The notes: generated by a model from the sequence alone, not told the origin. A stretch of DNA of 46,414 nucleotides from an uncultured Candidatus Saccharibacteria bacterium (GCA_964450705.1 CAYVDB010000004.1:1-46414); one strand, 5' to 3'; shown: positions 8,266 to 16,984, counted from the first letter of the stretch. Numbers and translations are program-made.

Positions 8266-8307
8266 CAAAATAAAAAAGAGGCAGAAAGCTAAAAGCCTTC
8301 TGCCTCT
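8266..8307 (-). terminator. Rho-independent terminator between the YcaO fusion gene and the peptidase gene
   Basis: On the minus strand: AGAGGCAGAA, an 11-nt loop, TTCTGCCTCT, then TTTTTTATTTT. Confidence 0.7.
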
Positions 8308-8311
8308 CGAG

Positions 8312-10492
8312 CTACTCAAAAGGATGAGGAAACCTAGTTAACTGCCCATACATCAGTCTGCCTCGCCCAAACCTCTCAGCAACCTCATAGAGGCGACTCA
8401 TTCCAGCTGGTTCTTGCCGATAACCAAACGTCATCTGAGCAGTTCCCGGCACGATCGCCCTAATGATACTCAGCCCGCGATTTCCTCCATACTCATCCGA
8501 GAGTTCGAGTGGAACAACTAAATGTTTCCAGTTCTTACTCTCGAAACAAGCCAGAAGATCATCCCAAGTCCGAGAGGTTTCAGATCCGACTTTTTGGAAC
8601 GGGACAACCCTCCGACTTGCAACCAGGAAATCTGCACGACGGAAGTACCGTTCTTGACCATAGAGACGACCGTGATCATTCGGCCAAACAACATCCTCAG
8701 GCAGAATCTTCCTCGGCACACCATTCTGCAAGCGATGGAGAATCGAAGCCTCCACCTCTGTGAGTGCATGACTAACAGCGTACTCGATGTTAAAGCTAGA
8801 ACAAGATGCGCAAGTGGTAAAGGTGTGCTCTGTGCTTTGAGCCATCACAAATACCACGGGCGCGAGATCGAGTGAATGGTCAACGATCCACACCTTAAAC
8901 CCAATATTCTGTAGCTTGCGAATCCTCTTTTGAATGATCTCTGGCAGAGACCTTTCAGACACCGTAGGCATATCGAGTTTACAGAAATACGAGTTGATAA
9001 ATGCATCTCGCTCAACCAACTCAAGGGTTCCAGTCTCAATTGACACTTGCTTATCAGGATGAGCCGCGCATCCAGACGAGTTTGAAAAACAGTAGTAAGG
9101 TGTTTCTGGGAAGTATGGAAAATAGACATGATCAGCGAGAACATAAGATTCATTGCCTCTCAAGTCATAACCCCTTGCCCAGGCATACCTCATCTGCTCA
9201 TCAAACGGCGCGAATGGAAAATCCTTTACCCTATACTGATCCTTATGGAATTGGACGACCTTTCGGGGGTCTACAACATTATCCAATTCACGATAGGCAG
9301 CATAGGTCAGTTTGGGTATACACCCACAAGACGCCCACTCTCTAGCTTCTGAGATAGCTTTTTTCATAGCCATCTCAGGAGAAGGATCTCTGCCGTGCGA
9401 CCAGCTTCGTTTATCTGACAAGCGAGCTGATGCAATAGCGAAATCAGGCACATAACCTTTTGCCATTGGGATTGCCCAATCCACTTGTATACGTGAGGAT
9501 TCTTGTGGATTTACTTGCTGGCCCTCTTTACCAAAGACAATGAGAGTGAGTGGGCGATACTCATCCGGAAGCTCTATGGCGTTAGCCACGAGCTCATCCA
9601 CAAATCCTCCAATTTCTAGAGTAGCAATCCCTTGTCGAGTCGCTTCCAAAAGAATGTTTTGAGCAGAGTGCCCAGCTTCTAATGGAACATAGAGCATGCT
9701 TCGATTACCGTATTTCTGATTCGCGAGAGAAAATGAACCACTAATGACGATTGCGCCATGTGCCCCTTTCTCGATGCCTGCAGGATTCAAGAAAGCTCTC
9801 GCAAATCTCAAGACATCTGCCGAGATCAAGCTAAAGCCTACGGAACCTGCTTGACTGTAAATTGCTTGGTATATCCCAGGATTCAAGTCGCCCGTCTTTG
9901 CAAACAGGACGATGTGAATTTTGAGAGGATACAACGCACCGGCGGATGGTACAGACCGATGTAGTCGCCCATCAGTGGTCTGATATTCTCCATACGCACT
10001 CCAAAGCAAATCAACAACAGCTTGAAAATCCACAGTCTCTCCAGAGAAAACGCGAACAGACTTACGTCGACTTATAATTTCAGAAAGACTATTTCCTGAA
10101 GGTTTATAAGCCCGTTCTAAGACATCTTGATGGTGTCTTTCGAACGACTGAGAGACCATTAATGCCACCTCACTGTCGCTGACAATTCTTGGGAAACGCA
10201 TTGGATTCGTGACAGTTTCCCAAAATCTACCCTCGAGAGTTTTTCCATCAACAATTACTTGTTTTTGAAATAACTCTTCGATAAGACCCTCGATTGAAGT
10301 TCGTTCCCAGTCTTGAGAAAGAACATCGATCACCTCACCCAACTTCCTGCTTCCATTACAGAGATCAAGAAGCTGAGCAATAACGGCTCGGGGGACTTCA
10401 ACAACCACTTCCTTGTCGAGAGTGTTAAAGACTGTCCTATTGCCTGTAGTAAAGGCCGAAGCCCACACAATAGGAATGCTCGTAAGGTCCAT
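8312..10492 (-). CDS. Three-domain fusion: RRE-like (PqqD-type) domain, SagB-type FMN dehydrogenase and YcaO cyclodehydratase
   Basis: aa ~17-83 read AVIAQLLDLCNGSRKLGEVIDVLSQDW...IEELFQKQVIVDG, a PqqD/RRE-like pattern. aa ~135-322 contain ISRRKSVRVF, PSAGALYP, QKYGNRSMLYVPLEAGH (the Lys-Tyr motif) and LTLIVFG. aa ~345-726 contain KKAISEAREW, FSNSSGCAAH and LELVERDAF, and the protein ends in FPHPFE. Confidence 0.85.
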   Translation of the reverse strand: MDLTSIPIVWASAFTTGNRTVFNTLDKEVVVEVPRAVIAQLLDLCNGSRKLGEVIDVLSQDWERTSIEGLIEELFQKQVIVDGKTLEGRFWETVTNPMRFPRIVSDSEVALMVSQSFERHHQDVLERAYKPSGNSLSEIISRRKSVRVFSGETVDFQAVVDLLWSAYGEYQTTDGRLHRSVPSAGALYPLKIHIVLFAKTGDLNPGIYQAIYSQAGSVGFSLISADVLRFARAFLNPAGIEKGAHGAIVISGSFSLANQKYGNRSMLYVPLEAGHSAQNILLEATRQGIATLEIGGFVDELVANAIELPDEYRPLTLIVFGKEGQQVNPQESSRIQVDWAIPMAKGYVPDFAIASARLSDKRSWSHGRDPSPEMAMKKAISEAREWASCGCIPKLTYAAYRELDNVVDPRKVVQFHKDQYRVKDFPFAPFDEQMRYAWARGYDLRGNESYVLADHVYFPYFPETPYYCFSNSSGCAAHPDKQVSIETGTLELVERDAFINSYFCKLDMPTVSERSLPEIIQKRIRKLQNIGFKVWIVDHSLDLAPVVFVMAQSTEHTFTTCASCSSFNIEYAVSHALTEVEASILHRLQNGVPRKILPEDVVWPNDHGRLYGQERYFRRADFLVASRRVVPFQKVGSETSRTWDDLLACFESKNWKHLVVPLELSDEYGGNRGLSIIRAIVPGTAQMTFGYRQEPAGMSRLYEVAERFGRGRLMYGQLTRFPHPFE

Positions 10493-10730
10493 GATTTATC
10501 CTTTTGTTTGTGTTGTCTAAGGACTGGCTATCTGACTTGACACTATATAGCATATATTACTTTGTCAATTAATTTGTATCTCTATAAATACAAGACCAGG
10601 AGCGCTGTTACGCACAGTTTTTATGTGGTCACAAGTTACTAAGTATTTTGAAGCTAATCGCACAAAATACGTAAGTACTTGCCGACCCCGTCTCGACCGT
10701 TTCTTTACTAAGAAACATATCTACGACTTC

Positions 10731-10763
10731 ACAAAAAGCACAAAATCCCACGCAGGTGGGATT
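10731..10763 (-). terminator. Rho-independent terminator downstream of tRNA-Glu
   Basis: On the minus strand: AATCCCAC-CTGC-GTGGGATT followed by TTGTGCTTTTTG. Confidence 0.65.
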
Positions 10764-10777
10764 GTTGTGTCTTTTTG

Positions 10778-10849
10778 TGACCCTACGGGGAATCGAACCC
10801 CGATTTAAGCCTTGAGAAGGCTTCGTCCTAACCGTTAGACGATAGGGCC
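10778..10849 (-). tRNA. tRNA-Glu (anticodon CUC)
   Basis: 72 nt, hand-folded. The acceptor stem is GGCCCTA/TAGGGTC (one G-U pair). The D arm is GTCT...AGGAC, the anticodon arm is AAGCC-TTCTCAA-GGCTT and the T arm is CGGGG-TTCGATT-CCCCG. CCA is not encoded. Confidence 0.9.
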
Positions 10850-11003
10850 AATAATATTTACTAATCTACATCAGGTTCGATTCGATGGGAATCTTTCCTT
10901 TATGCCTCCTAACTTTGCCACCCGCCTCGCGTCGATGAGCTTTGCGAGTCAAGGCTGGTTGAGAAAAAAGAATACAAGAAATAACGGTTTTTATCAAGAA
11001 AAA

Positions 11004-11297
11004 CTAAATCTTTATCTTGAGTACTTTGTATATTGTAATCACTGCGTAAGGGACTATTACAAAAAATAGATATTCCTCTAGAGGCAAAATGCCTATGTAT
11101 ATCCCCAAGAGTTTCTCTCGGCTAAAAAACCAATGCCCAGACCATACCGCATAGGTATCCCACACAACTCCGATAACAAAGAAAATCAGCGGGATAATAA
11201 TTCTCTCTTTTCTTGAAGAAAAAAGATGAATACGAAACTTCGTCTCGAGAAAGAATGTGACAAGAAGAAGAGCGAGAAGAATAGAAAGGTACGACAT
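11004..11297 (-). CDS. Lycopene cyclase domain-containing small membrane protein
   Basis: 97 aa with 3 TM helices. The motif W..F......LG..IG.LPLEEYLFFVIVP resembles the CrtYc/Yd-type lycopene cyclase domain. Confidence 0.45.
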   Translation of the reverse strand: MSYLSILLALLLVTFFLETKFRIHLFSSRKERIIIPLIFFVIGVVWDTYAVWSGHWFFSREKLLGIYIGILPLEEYLFFVIVPYAVITIYKVLKIKI

Positions 11298-11300
11298 GGA

Positions 11301-12590
11301 TTATTTTGCAATCCACTCTGGATCTTGTCTTACCAAGAGCTTGTCCTTGTCTTCTGGATGAAGGATAATCTCCTCGACTGCACGCTCCATGCGAATCCCT
11401 TGAGAGGCTTTCAAAAGAATTACATCCCCTTTCTTTATCTGTGTTTCTAGTTCCTTACCTGCAACTCTCGAATCTTCAAACTGAAATACTTTCTTTTCAG
11501 ATAGCCCTGCATTCAGAGCTCCTTCTGCAATTGCACGAGCACGCACACCGACTGTAAGCAATCGGTCTACAACATTTCCCGCTTTCTCCCCCGCTTTTTT
11601 ATGCTCTTCTGGAGAGAAACTTCCAAGCTCAAGCATATCTCCCAACACTGCAATCTTTCTTCCAGAAGTCTCAATCTTATCAAGAGTATTGAGCGCCTCT
11701 TCTAAGGCAACAGGAGAAGAGTTGTAAGAGTCATCAATAATGACAGAATCTTTCACCCCAGGAAGAATTTTCATTCTTCCTCGAGACGGATGATGAGCAC
11801 GAAGCGCTTTAATCATCTTTTCGATTGAAAGTTTCTGAGAAAATCCAACTGAAAGAGCAGCGAGTGCCGGATACATCTGCTGAACCCCAAGTCCACCAAG
11901 AATTTCAACTTTACCTAACTTACTTTCGTAAGATACGTCAAAAGATATCCCTGTAGGAACATTATTTTCATAAGAGATTGTGTAGCCCGTACCAATCACC
12001 TCTGCGGGAGTATGTGTGCCGTATAACATCTTTTCTCCCATAGCGAATTCACCGAAAGCGAGCACATCCTCGTCATCACTATTTAAGATAACGAACCCGT
12101 CACTTTTTGTTGCTTGCACCAGAAAGGCTTTTTCCTTATATACCGCTTGAGCGCTTTCAAAAAACTCTACATGCACAGGAGTCTTCGATAATCTCGTCAC
12201 CACAGAAATATCCGGCTTAATCCAAGAGGTAATTTTTTCTATGTCCCCCGGCCTATCTGCGCCCACTTCAAGTACAAGCCACTTTGGATAGTGATTTGGA
12301 AGAAGGATGAGTGCAATTCCTTCAAAAATATTCTTAAGCCATATGAGAGGGCTATTCCAACCATTTGGACATCCTAATATTGTGAGTGGCACTCCAATCT
12401 CACTATTAAAACTTTTTTCACTTTTTCGAACAAAAAAGAAATGAGAGAGTACAGAAAAGATTGCATCCTTGGTTGAGGTCTTACCTACGCTTCCAGTAAC
12501 TGCAACAATCTTAGGCTTATATTTACGAAGTACAATCTTCGCTTCCCAGGTAATAATAAACACAACTGCCTGCTTCAAAATGTTTTTCAT
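11301..12590 (-). CDS. murF: UDP-N-acetylmuramoyl-tripeptide--D-alanyl-D-alanine ligase
   Basis: Mur ligase P-loop VTGSVGKTSTKD, a 429-aa length and a position in the dcw cluster. Confidence 0.85.
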   Translation of the reverse strand: MKNILKQAVVFIITWEAKIVLRKYKPKIVAVTGSVGKTSTKDAIFSVLSHFFFVRKSEKSFNSEIGVPLTILGCPNGWNSPLIWLKNIFEGIALILLPNHYPKWLVLEVGADRPGDIEKITSWIKPDISVVTRLSKTPVHVEFFESAQAVYKEKAFLVQATKSDGFVILNSDDEDVLAFGEFAMGEKMLYGTHTPAEVIGTGYTISYENNVPTGISFDVSYESKLGKVEILGGLGVQQMYPALAALSVGFSQKLSIEKMIKALRAHHPSRGRMKILPGVKDSVIIDDSYNSSPVALEEALNTLDKIETSGRKIAVLGDMLELGSFSPEEHKKAGEKAGNVVDRLLTVGVRARAIAEGALNAGLSEKKVFQFEDSRVAGKELETQIKKGDVILLKASQGIRMERAVEEIILHPEDKDKLLVRQDPEWIAK

Positions 12591-12596
12591 AGTTGA

Positions 12597-14312
12597 TTAT
12601 CGGTCTGGCGGGATTTGATAGTAGTTTATCAAAAATTGAGCAATATCCATAAAAGGGTACGTAAGTGTCTCAGATGCGTATTTTACCCCTTTTGGATCAT
12701 AGCTATAGAGAAATACGATAAATTGCGGGTCAAATGCGGGAAAATAGCCAAAGAATGAGTGGAGATATTTATTGTCATAATATCCTCCTCCACTTTCCCG
12801 AGCGATTTGAGCAGTACCAGTCTTTGCCGCAATTGAGTAGCGTTCCATTTTTACCTTTCCCTGAAGAAGCGCATTGTCGACCACTTTCACAAGCATTCGA
12901 GTAATCTCTTCTGAAGTTTCTTTCTTCAAAACATCTTTTGAAACCCCTGGATCAATTTTCTTTGAAGTGCCGATTGAATATTCAATTCTTTTTCCAATAT
13001 GTGGATTTACCAACTTCCCACCGTTTCCAAGTACGGCAAGAGCGCGAACAGTCTCGATCGGTGTCATTGCAATGCCTTGCCCGAAAGATGCCGTCGCATA
13101 CTCAATGTCTCGCGGACTCTTTAAGTTATCAACGAGCCCATGAATTTCGTTTGGCAAATCGATTCCAGTCTCCTCTCCAATACCAAAACTCTCCATATAT
13201 TTTGCAAAAGTACCCTTCCCCATCTGCCGAACCGCAAATGCAACCCCCGTGTTTAAAGACTGATTAAGCACCTCCTGCATATCAACAGTACCTCTCGCCT
13301 TTCCATCAAAGTTTGAGAATGTTTTCTTATCAAGCGTGACCGAACCTGAGTCAAAGTAGGTAGTTCTCGCGGTAATTGCTCCCGAATCAATACCAGCAGC
13401 AATGGTGAGGGGTTTTATAATCGAGCCCATTTCATAGACCGATTCCACCATATGGTTTTTGAATATATTTGAATTCTTTTCTTCCCTTAGATTATTCGGA
13501 TCAAAAGATGGATAAAGTGCCATTGAGATAATCTGGCCATCACGAGGATCCATGACGATTGCGCCGCTATAGTCTGAGCTCCAGTTCTGAGAAAGCTTTG
13601 CCAACACCTGCTCTACAAAGACCTGAACAGATGGCTCAATTGAAGTGACAACATCCCCTTCAAAACGCTCTTCTGCCGATAATCCCTTTTGAATATTTGA
13701 GAAAATCTCTGCAAAAAAATTCACAAACACATCATCATTATTTCGCTTTAAAGTTTCTTCGTAGTACCTCTCTAAACCATAGCGACCCGCAAGCTCATCT
13801 TCTTTATATGCGATAAAACCAAGGGCATGAGCGGCGAGAGAATTTCCTGGATAATACCTCCAGCGTTCTTTATAAAGAGAAACTCCTTTTATTTTTTTAT
13901 CTTCAATCGCTTTTGCCTCTTCCCCTCCCACGCGTTTGAGAACTTCTTCATAAGGATCATTTTGTTTGTTTACCTTTTGGAAAAAATCTTTCTCATCGAC
14001 TGCGGGAACAACCTTTTTTATCTCATTAAAAGTCTTATCTGCATCAGTAACCAAAGAAGGATTTATCGCTACGGTGAAACCCGTTTTTAAAGAGGCGGCA
14101 GACACTTTGTCTCCATCTTTTGTCTCAAAATAAATGCTCCCGCGATTAAAATAATCGTAGGTTGACTGCACATACTGCCGATCAGCGCGGCTTGCATACT
14201 CTTCCCCATCAATAATCTGCACAGAATAAAGCCGTATCAGAAGGAAGACGGCAAACAAGAGAGTGAAAATCGATATAATTCGTATACGCGTGAGAGGTTC
14301 TCTCTTCTGCAT
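12597..14312 (-). CDS. ftsI: Penicillin-binding protein (class B transpeptidase), division-type
   Basis: N-terminal TM helix, SxxK (GSIIKP) and KTGTAQ motifs. The gene sits between ftsL and murF. Confidence 0.8.
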   Translation of the reverse strand: MQKREPLTRIRIISIFTLLFAVFLLIRLYSVQIIDGEEYASRADRQYVQSTYDYFNRGSIYFETKDGDKVSAASLKTGFTVAINPSLVTDADKTFNEIKKVVPAVDEKDFFQKVNKQNDPYEEVLKRVGGEEAKAIEDKKIKGVSLYKERWRYYPGNSLAAHALGFIAYKEDELAGRYGLERYYEETLKRNNDDVFVNFFAEIFSNIQKGLSAEERFEGDVVTSIEPSVQVFVEQVLAKLSQNWSSDYSGAIVMDPRDGQIISMALYPSFDPNNLREEKNSNIFKNHMVESVYEMGSIIKPLTIAAGIDSGAITARTTYFDSGSVTLDKKTFSNFDGKARGTVDMQEVLNQSLNTGVAFAVRQMGKGTFAKYMESFGIGEETGIDLPNEIHGLVDNLKSPRDIEYATASFGQGIAMTPIETVRALAVLGNGGKLVNPHIGKRIEYSIGTSKKIDPGVSKDVLKKETSEEITRMLVKVVDNALLQGKVKMERYSIAAKTGTAQIARESGGGYYDNKYLHSFFGYFPAFDPQFIVFLYSYDPKGVKYASETLTYPFMDIAQFLINYYQIPPDR

Positions 14313-14333
14313 ACAGAGTATTATACGCTACAA

Positions 14334-14660
14334 CTACCGAGAGCTCGTAAGTGTCTCTCTAAATGCAACAGATTGCTTGCGAGACACGAATGCCGAAGGA
14401 TTTGCTTCTTCAAAACCAAGGTCGCGTGCAAGTGCGAGATCAATCTTATTTGACTGTGCGATGTAGGAAAACTCAAGCTCACCGATACGTGAGGTGCGCT
14501 CGGAAAGCTCTTGTTCAAACACTCCACGACTTGCCACGTTGCGAATCGTCTGGTTGATGAAATACATATAAAAAGCCATAGAGCAAAGGCAAACAAAGGC
14601 CATCAACCAAAAAAGATGGATGTGCGTATGAATATTAAGAACTTTGGTTTTAATCGACAT
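14334..14660 (-). CDS. ftsL: FtsL-like cell division membrane protein
   Basis: 108 aa with a single TM helix followed by a coiled-coil-like segment. The rsmH-ftsI position is conserved. Confidence 0.55.
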   Translation of the reverse strand: MSIKTKVLNIHTHIHLFWLMAFVCLCSMAFYMYFINQTIRNVASRGVFEQELSERTSRIGELEFSYIAQSNKIDLALARDLGFEEANPSAFVSRKQSVAFRETLTSSR

Positions 14661-14675
14661 AAAATGTGCTCGTGA

Positions 14676-15560
14676 CTATTTCTTTTCAATAATTCGCAAC
14701 TTTGCGCTTCGGGAACGAGGGTTTTCCTCTATCTCCTTCACGCTTGGTGTAATGGGCTTCTTGGTAATAAGTGTCGCTATTCCAGTTTGAGCCCATGTTC
14801 GAAACGTATGTTTTACAATGCGGTCTTCATGGCTGTGAAAGGATATGGCAGCAATACGTCCTTTCGGAGTAAGAAGCCTGAAGGCCGATTCAATTCCTTC
14901 TCCAAGTACAGTAAGCTCGTCATTTACTGCGATTCGAAGGGCTTGAAATGTCTTTGTGGCAGGATGTAATTTTCTTCGCTGATACGCAACCGGTGTCGCG
15001 GAGCGTATGACTGCCACAAGATCTGAAGTAGTGTTAATGGGTTTATTTTCTCGAGAAGAAACAATTGCTTTTGCAATTCGTCCGGCGAATCGCTCTTCTC
15101 CATAAAGTCGCAATATCGTACGGAGTGTATCTTCCTCCCAATGATTTACGATCTCAAATGCAGTCAAATCATCTTCTAGAGGATTTGATCGGAAGGTCAT
15201 CAAGAGCGGTTCGTCTTTTTGAAAAGAAAAACCTCTCCCGGATTCTTCTATCTGATTTGAAGAGAAACCGAAATCGAAAATAATTTTCGTTGGTTTTTCT
15301 TTTTGATCTGCGAGGATGGTTTCAAGGTCGCGGTATGATCCAAGAATAAAATTCATCCGTGGGTCATTGCCAATTCGCGCTTTACTTCTCTCTATCGCAT
15401 CACTATCAAGATCGATGCCGATAACTTTTACCCTCTTACTGGTTTGAAGTACTGCAAGAGAATGGCCGCCGTTGCCAAGAGTTCCGTCTACAACAACATC
15501 GCCATCTTCGATTGAAAGCCCATCTACTACTTCTTGTGAAAGAACGGTTTCGTGAACCAT
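14676..15560 (-). CDS. rsmH: 16S rRNA (cytosine1402-N4)-methyltransferase
   Basis: MVHETVLSQEVVDGL...VDGTLGNGGHS... and the position downstream of mraZ. Confidence 0.9.
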   Translation of the reverse strand: MVHETVLSQEVVDGLSIEDGDVVVDGTLGNGGHSLAVLQTSKRVKVIGIDLDSDAIERSKARIGNDPRMNFILGSYRDLETILADQKEKPTKIIFDFGFSSNQIEESGRGFSFQKDEPLLMTFRSNPLEDDLTAFEIVNHWEEDTLRTILRLYGEERFAGRIAKAIVSSRENKPINTTSDLVAVIRSATPVAYQRRKLHPATKTFQALRIAVNDELTVLGEGIESAFRLLTPKGRIAAISFHSHEDRIVKHTFRTWAQTGIATLITKKPITPSVKEIEENPRSRSAKLRIIEKK

Positions 15561-15566
15561 AAAACA

Positions 15567-16001
15567 CTAAATTACCCCCATTGTTCCTAGCTTCTCTGCC
15601 ATTCCATCAGCTTGTCGTTCGATCTGAGTCCGTTTGTCTTCCCATTCCTTCTCATTCCACACTTCGATTTTGTTGAAGAGGCCTGCAAAAACTACTTTAC
15701 TCTTAAGGCCTGCAAAATCTCGAAGAAAATCTGGTATGAGAATTCTTCCTATTGAGTCGACATCAACCTCAACCGCACCGCCAAGCATGAAACGACTAAA
15801 ATCGCGATTATCTCGGTGGCCCATTGGAAGTTCGCCGAGTTTCTCTGCAATTTTTGACCAAGTCTTCTGTGAATACACGATAAGACAAGCATCGGGACTT
15901 TTTGTCACGATGATCTTTCCGCCAAGCTCTTTTCGGAACTTCGACGGTAACGAGATACGTTTCTTCTCGTCGACTGTGTGCGTGTATTCTCCAATAAACA
16001 T
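15567..16001 (-). CDS. mraZ: Transcriptional regulator MraZ
   Basis: The N-terminus is MFIGEYTHTVDEKKRISLPSKFR. There is a second SpoVT/AbrB-like repeat (DSIGRILIP). Confidence 0.9.
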   Translation of the reverse strand: MFIGEYTHTVDEKKRISLPSKFRKELGGKIIVTKSPDACLIVYSQKTWSKIAEKLGELPMGHRDNRDFSRFMLGGAVEVDVDSIGRILIPDFLRDFAGLKSKVVFAGLFNKIEVWNEKEWEDKRTQIERQADGMAEKLGTMGVI

Positions 16002-16022
16002 TGCGCGCGCCGTGGAAAGCCC

Positions 16023-16114
16023 CCCAGCCCTCGCCGTTTCTCCTGTTTAAAACTTTCCAAAAACACCAACTCTGTTTTGAAAAAATTTCTCGGAGTGCTC
16101 CGGCGAGGGCTGGG
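16023..16114 (-). repeat. 14-bp perfect inverted repeat spanning the mraZ leader
   Basis: CCCAGCCCTCGCCG (16023-16036) pairs with CGGCGAGGGCTGGG (16101-16114), separated by 64 nt. The proximal arm ends 21 nt upstream of the mraZ ATG. Confidence 0.6.
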
Positions 16115-16121
16115 TAGGAAA

Positions 16122-16198
16122 ATTATATTTCCCACTTCTTCCCACTTAACTAAAAGTATATGACACACTCTCCCACTCAACCTAACTTCCTATCCACA
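16122..16198 (-). promoter_or_regulatory. Candidate mraZ promoter with phased MraZ-box-like repeats (AAGTGGGAA)
   Basis: Minus-strand TATAAT at 16127..16122. TTCCCACTT is repeated at 16129-16137 and 16139-16147 (10-bp period). TCCCACT occurs at 16171-16177 and ATCCACA at 16192-16198, at offsets of 31 and 21 bp. Confidence 0.5.
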
Positions 16199-16261
16199 TT
16201 TTTATTGAACCTTAGTTCACCCTGTCCTGAACCTGTCGAAGAGCGAGGTTCTTATTTCAAG

Positions 16262-16295
16262 CAAAAGAAAAGCGCCCCGACATTCATCGGAGCGC
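16262..16295 (-). terminator. Rho-independent terminator
   Basis: GCGCCCCGA-CATTCA-TCGGAGCGC (8 bp plus one mismatch), with a T-rich tail on the minus strand. Confidence 0.6.
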
Positions 16296-16314
16296 CCATT
16301 CCCTTTTCAGAGAC

Positions 16315-16899
16315 TTACTTCTTCTTTCCTGCTCTCACACGTCCGGCGATGATCGCGAGATTGATCCCCCACTGAAGCATCCAGACAGCGAGAGTTGCAC
16401 CTGCACCAACGAAAGTCCAGTTCTCAATCGCAAGGGTGTTAAAAAACCCTCCGACCCAGAACATCCCCCACGTCAACTGATCTTCACTATCTGGATCTAA
16501 GTACCCCTTCTTGAGAGTTGGGATGGTCCCCATGGTAGCAGCAAACATATTTGCTACCACAGAGATGTTCTCGTTTGAGCTGACCCGCCAGAGAATCACC
16601 CCAGAAATACCGAGGACGATGTAGAAGAGGTCTGAACGACTGAACTGACCTTCCCCGTTCTTGAGAGAAAGCAGAAGCACAGTGGCCGTTCCAATCGTGA
16701 AGGAGGCGAAAAGCACGAACGGGGCCCATTCTCGCTCAGAGAACAGCACCCATGCCATCGCCCCATCAACCACAAGCCATACGAGCCATGAGGCACGGTT
16801 TGGCTTAACTGTTCCATCGGCGATGATCAGCCGAATGTACGGCACGTACGCTGCGATCGTAATAACCGCAGAAATACCCGCCAGAAGACTGATATCCAC
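16315..16899 (-). CDS. Integral membrane protein with two PQ-loop-like repeats (function unknown)
   Basis: 194 aa with about 6-7 TM helices. Repeat 1 is AAYVPYIRLIIADGTVKPNRASWLVW and repeat 2 is MGTIPTLKKGYLDPDSEDQLTWGMFW. The composition is GC-rich. Confidence 0.5.
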   Translation of the reverse strand: MDISLLAGISAVITIAAYVPYIRLIIADGTVKPNRASWLVWLVVDGAMAWVLFSEREWAPFVLFASFTIGTATVLLLSLKNGEGQFSRSDLFYIVLGISGVILWRVSSNENISVVANMFAATMGTIPTLKKGYLDPDSEDQLTWGMFWVGGFFNTLAIENWTFVGAGATLAVWMLQWGINLAIIAGRVRAGKKK

Positions 16900-16984
16900 G
16901 ATAGCCTCCAGAGAAGGAAAGAGGATGTTTCAGAGATCTATACTCTTCTCATATTATATCATATATTATACCATTTTGTCAATC

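Noticed and set aside
8463-9964. Cluster of plus-strand ORFs (64-117 aa) inside the YcaO fusion gene
   Set aside because: They are antisense to a strongly supported 726-aa CDS. The GC-richer sequence simply has few stop codons. There are no SDs, and the translations are low-complexity and rich in Ser, Arg and Pro.
10623-10808. 61-aa plus-strand ORF
   Set aside because: It overlaps tRNA-Glu and its terminator on the opposite strand and has no SD.
16189-16197. CTATCCACA, an 8/9 match to the DnaA box TTATCCACA
   Set aside because: It is a single isolated box with no AT-rich unwinding element or box cluster. It is better explained as one of the phased CCAC repeats upstream of mraZ.
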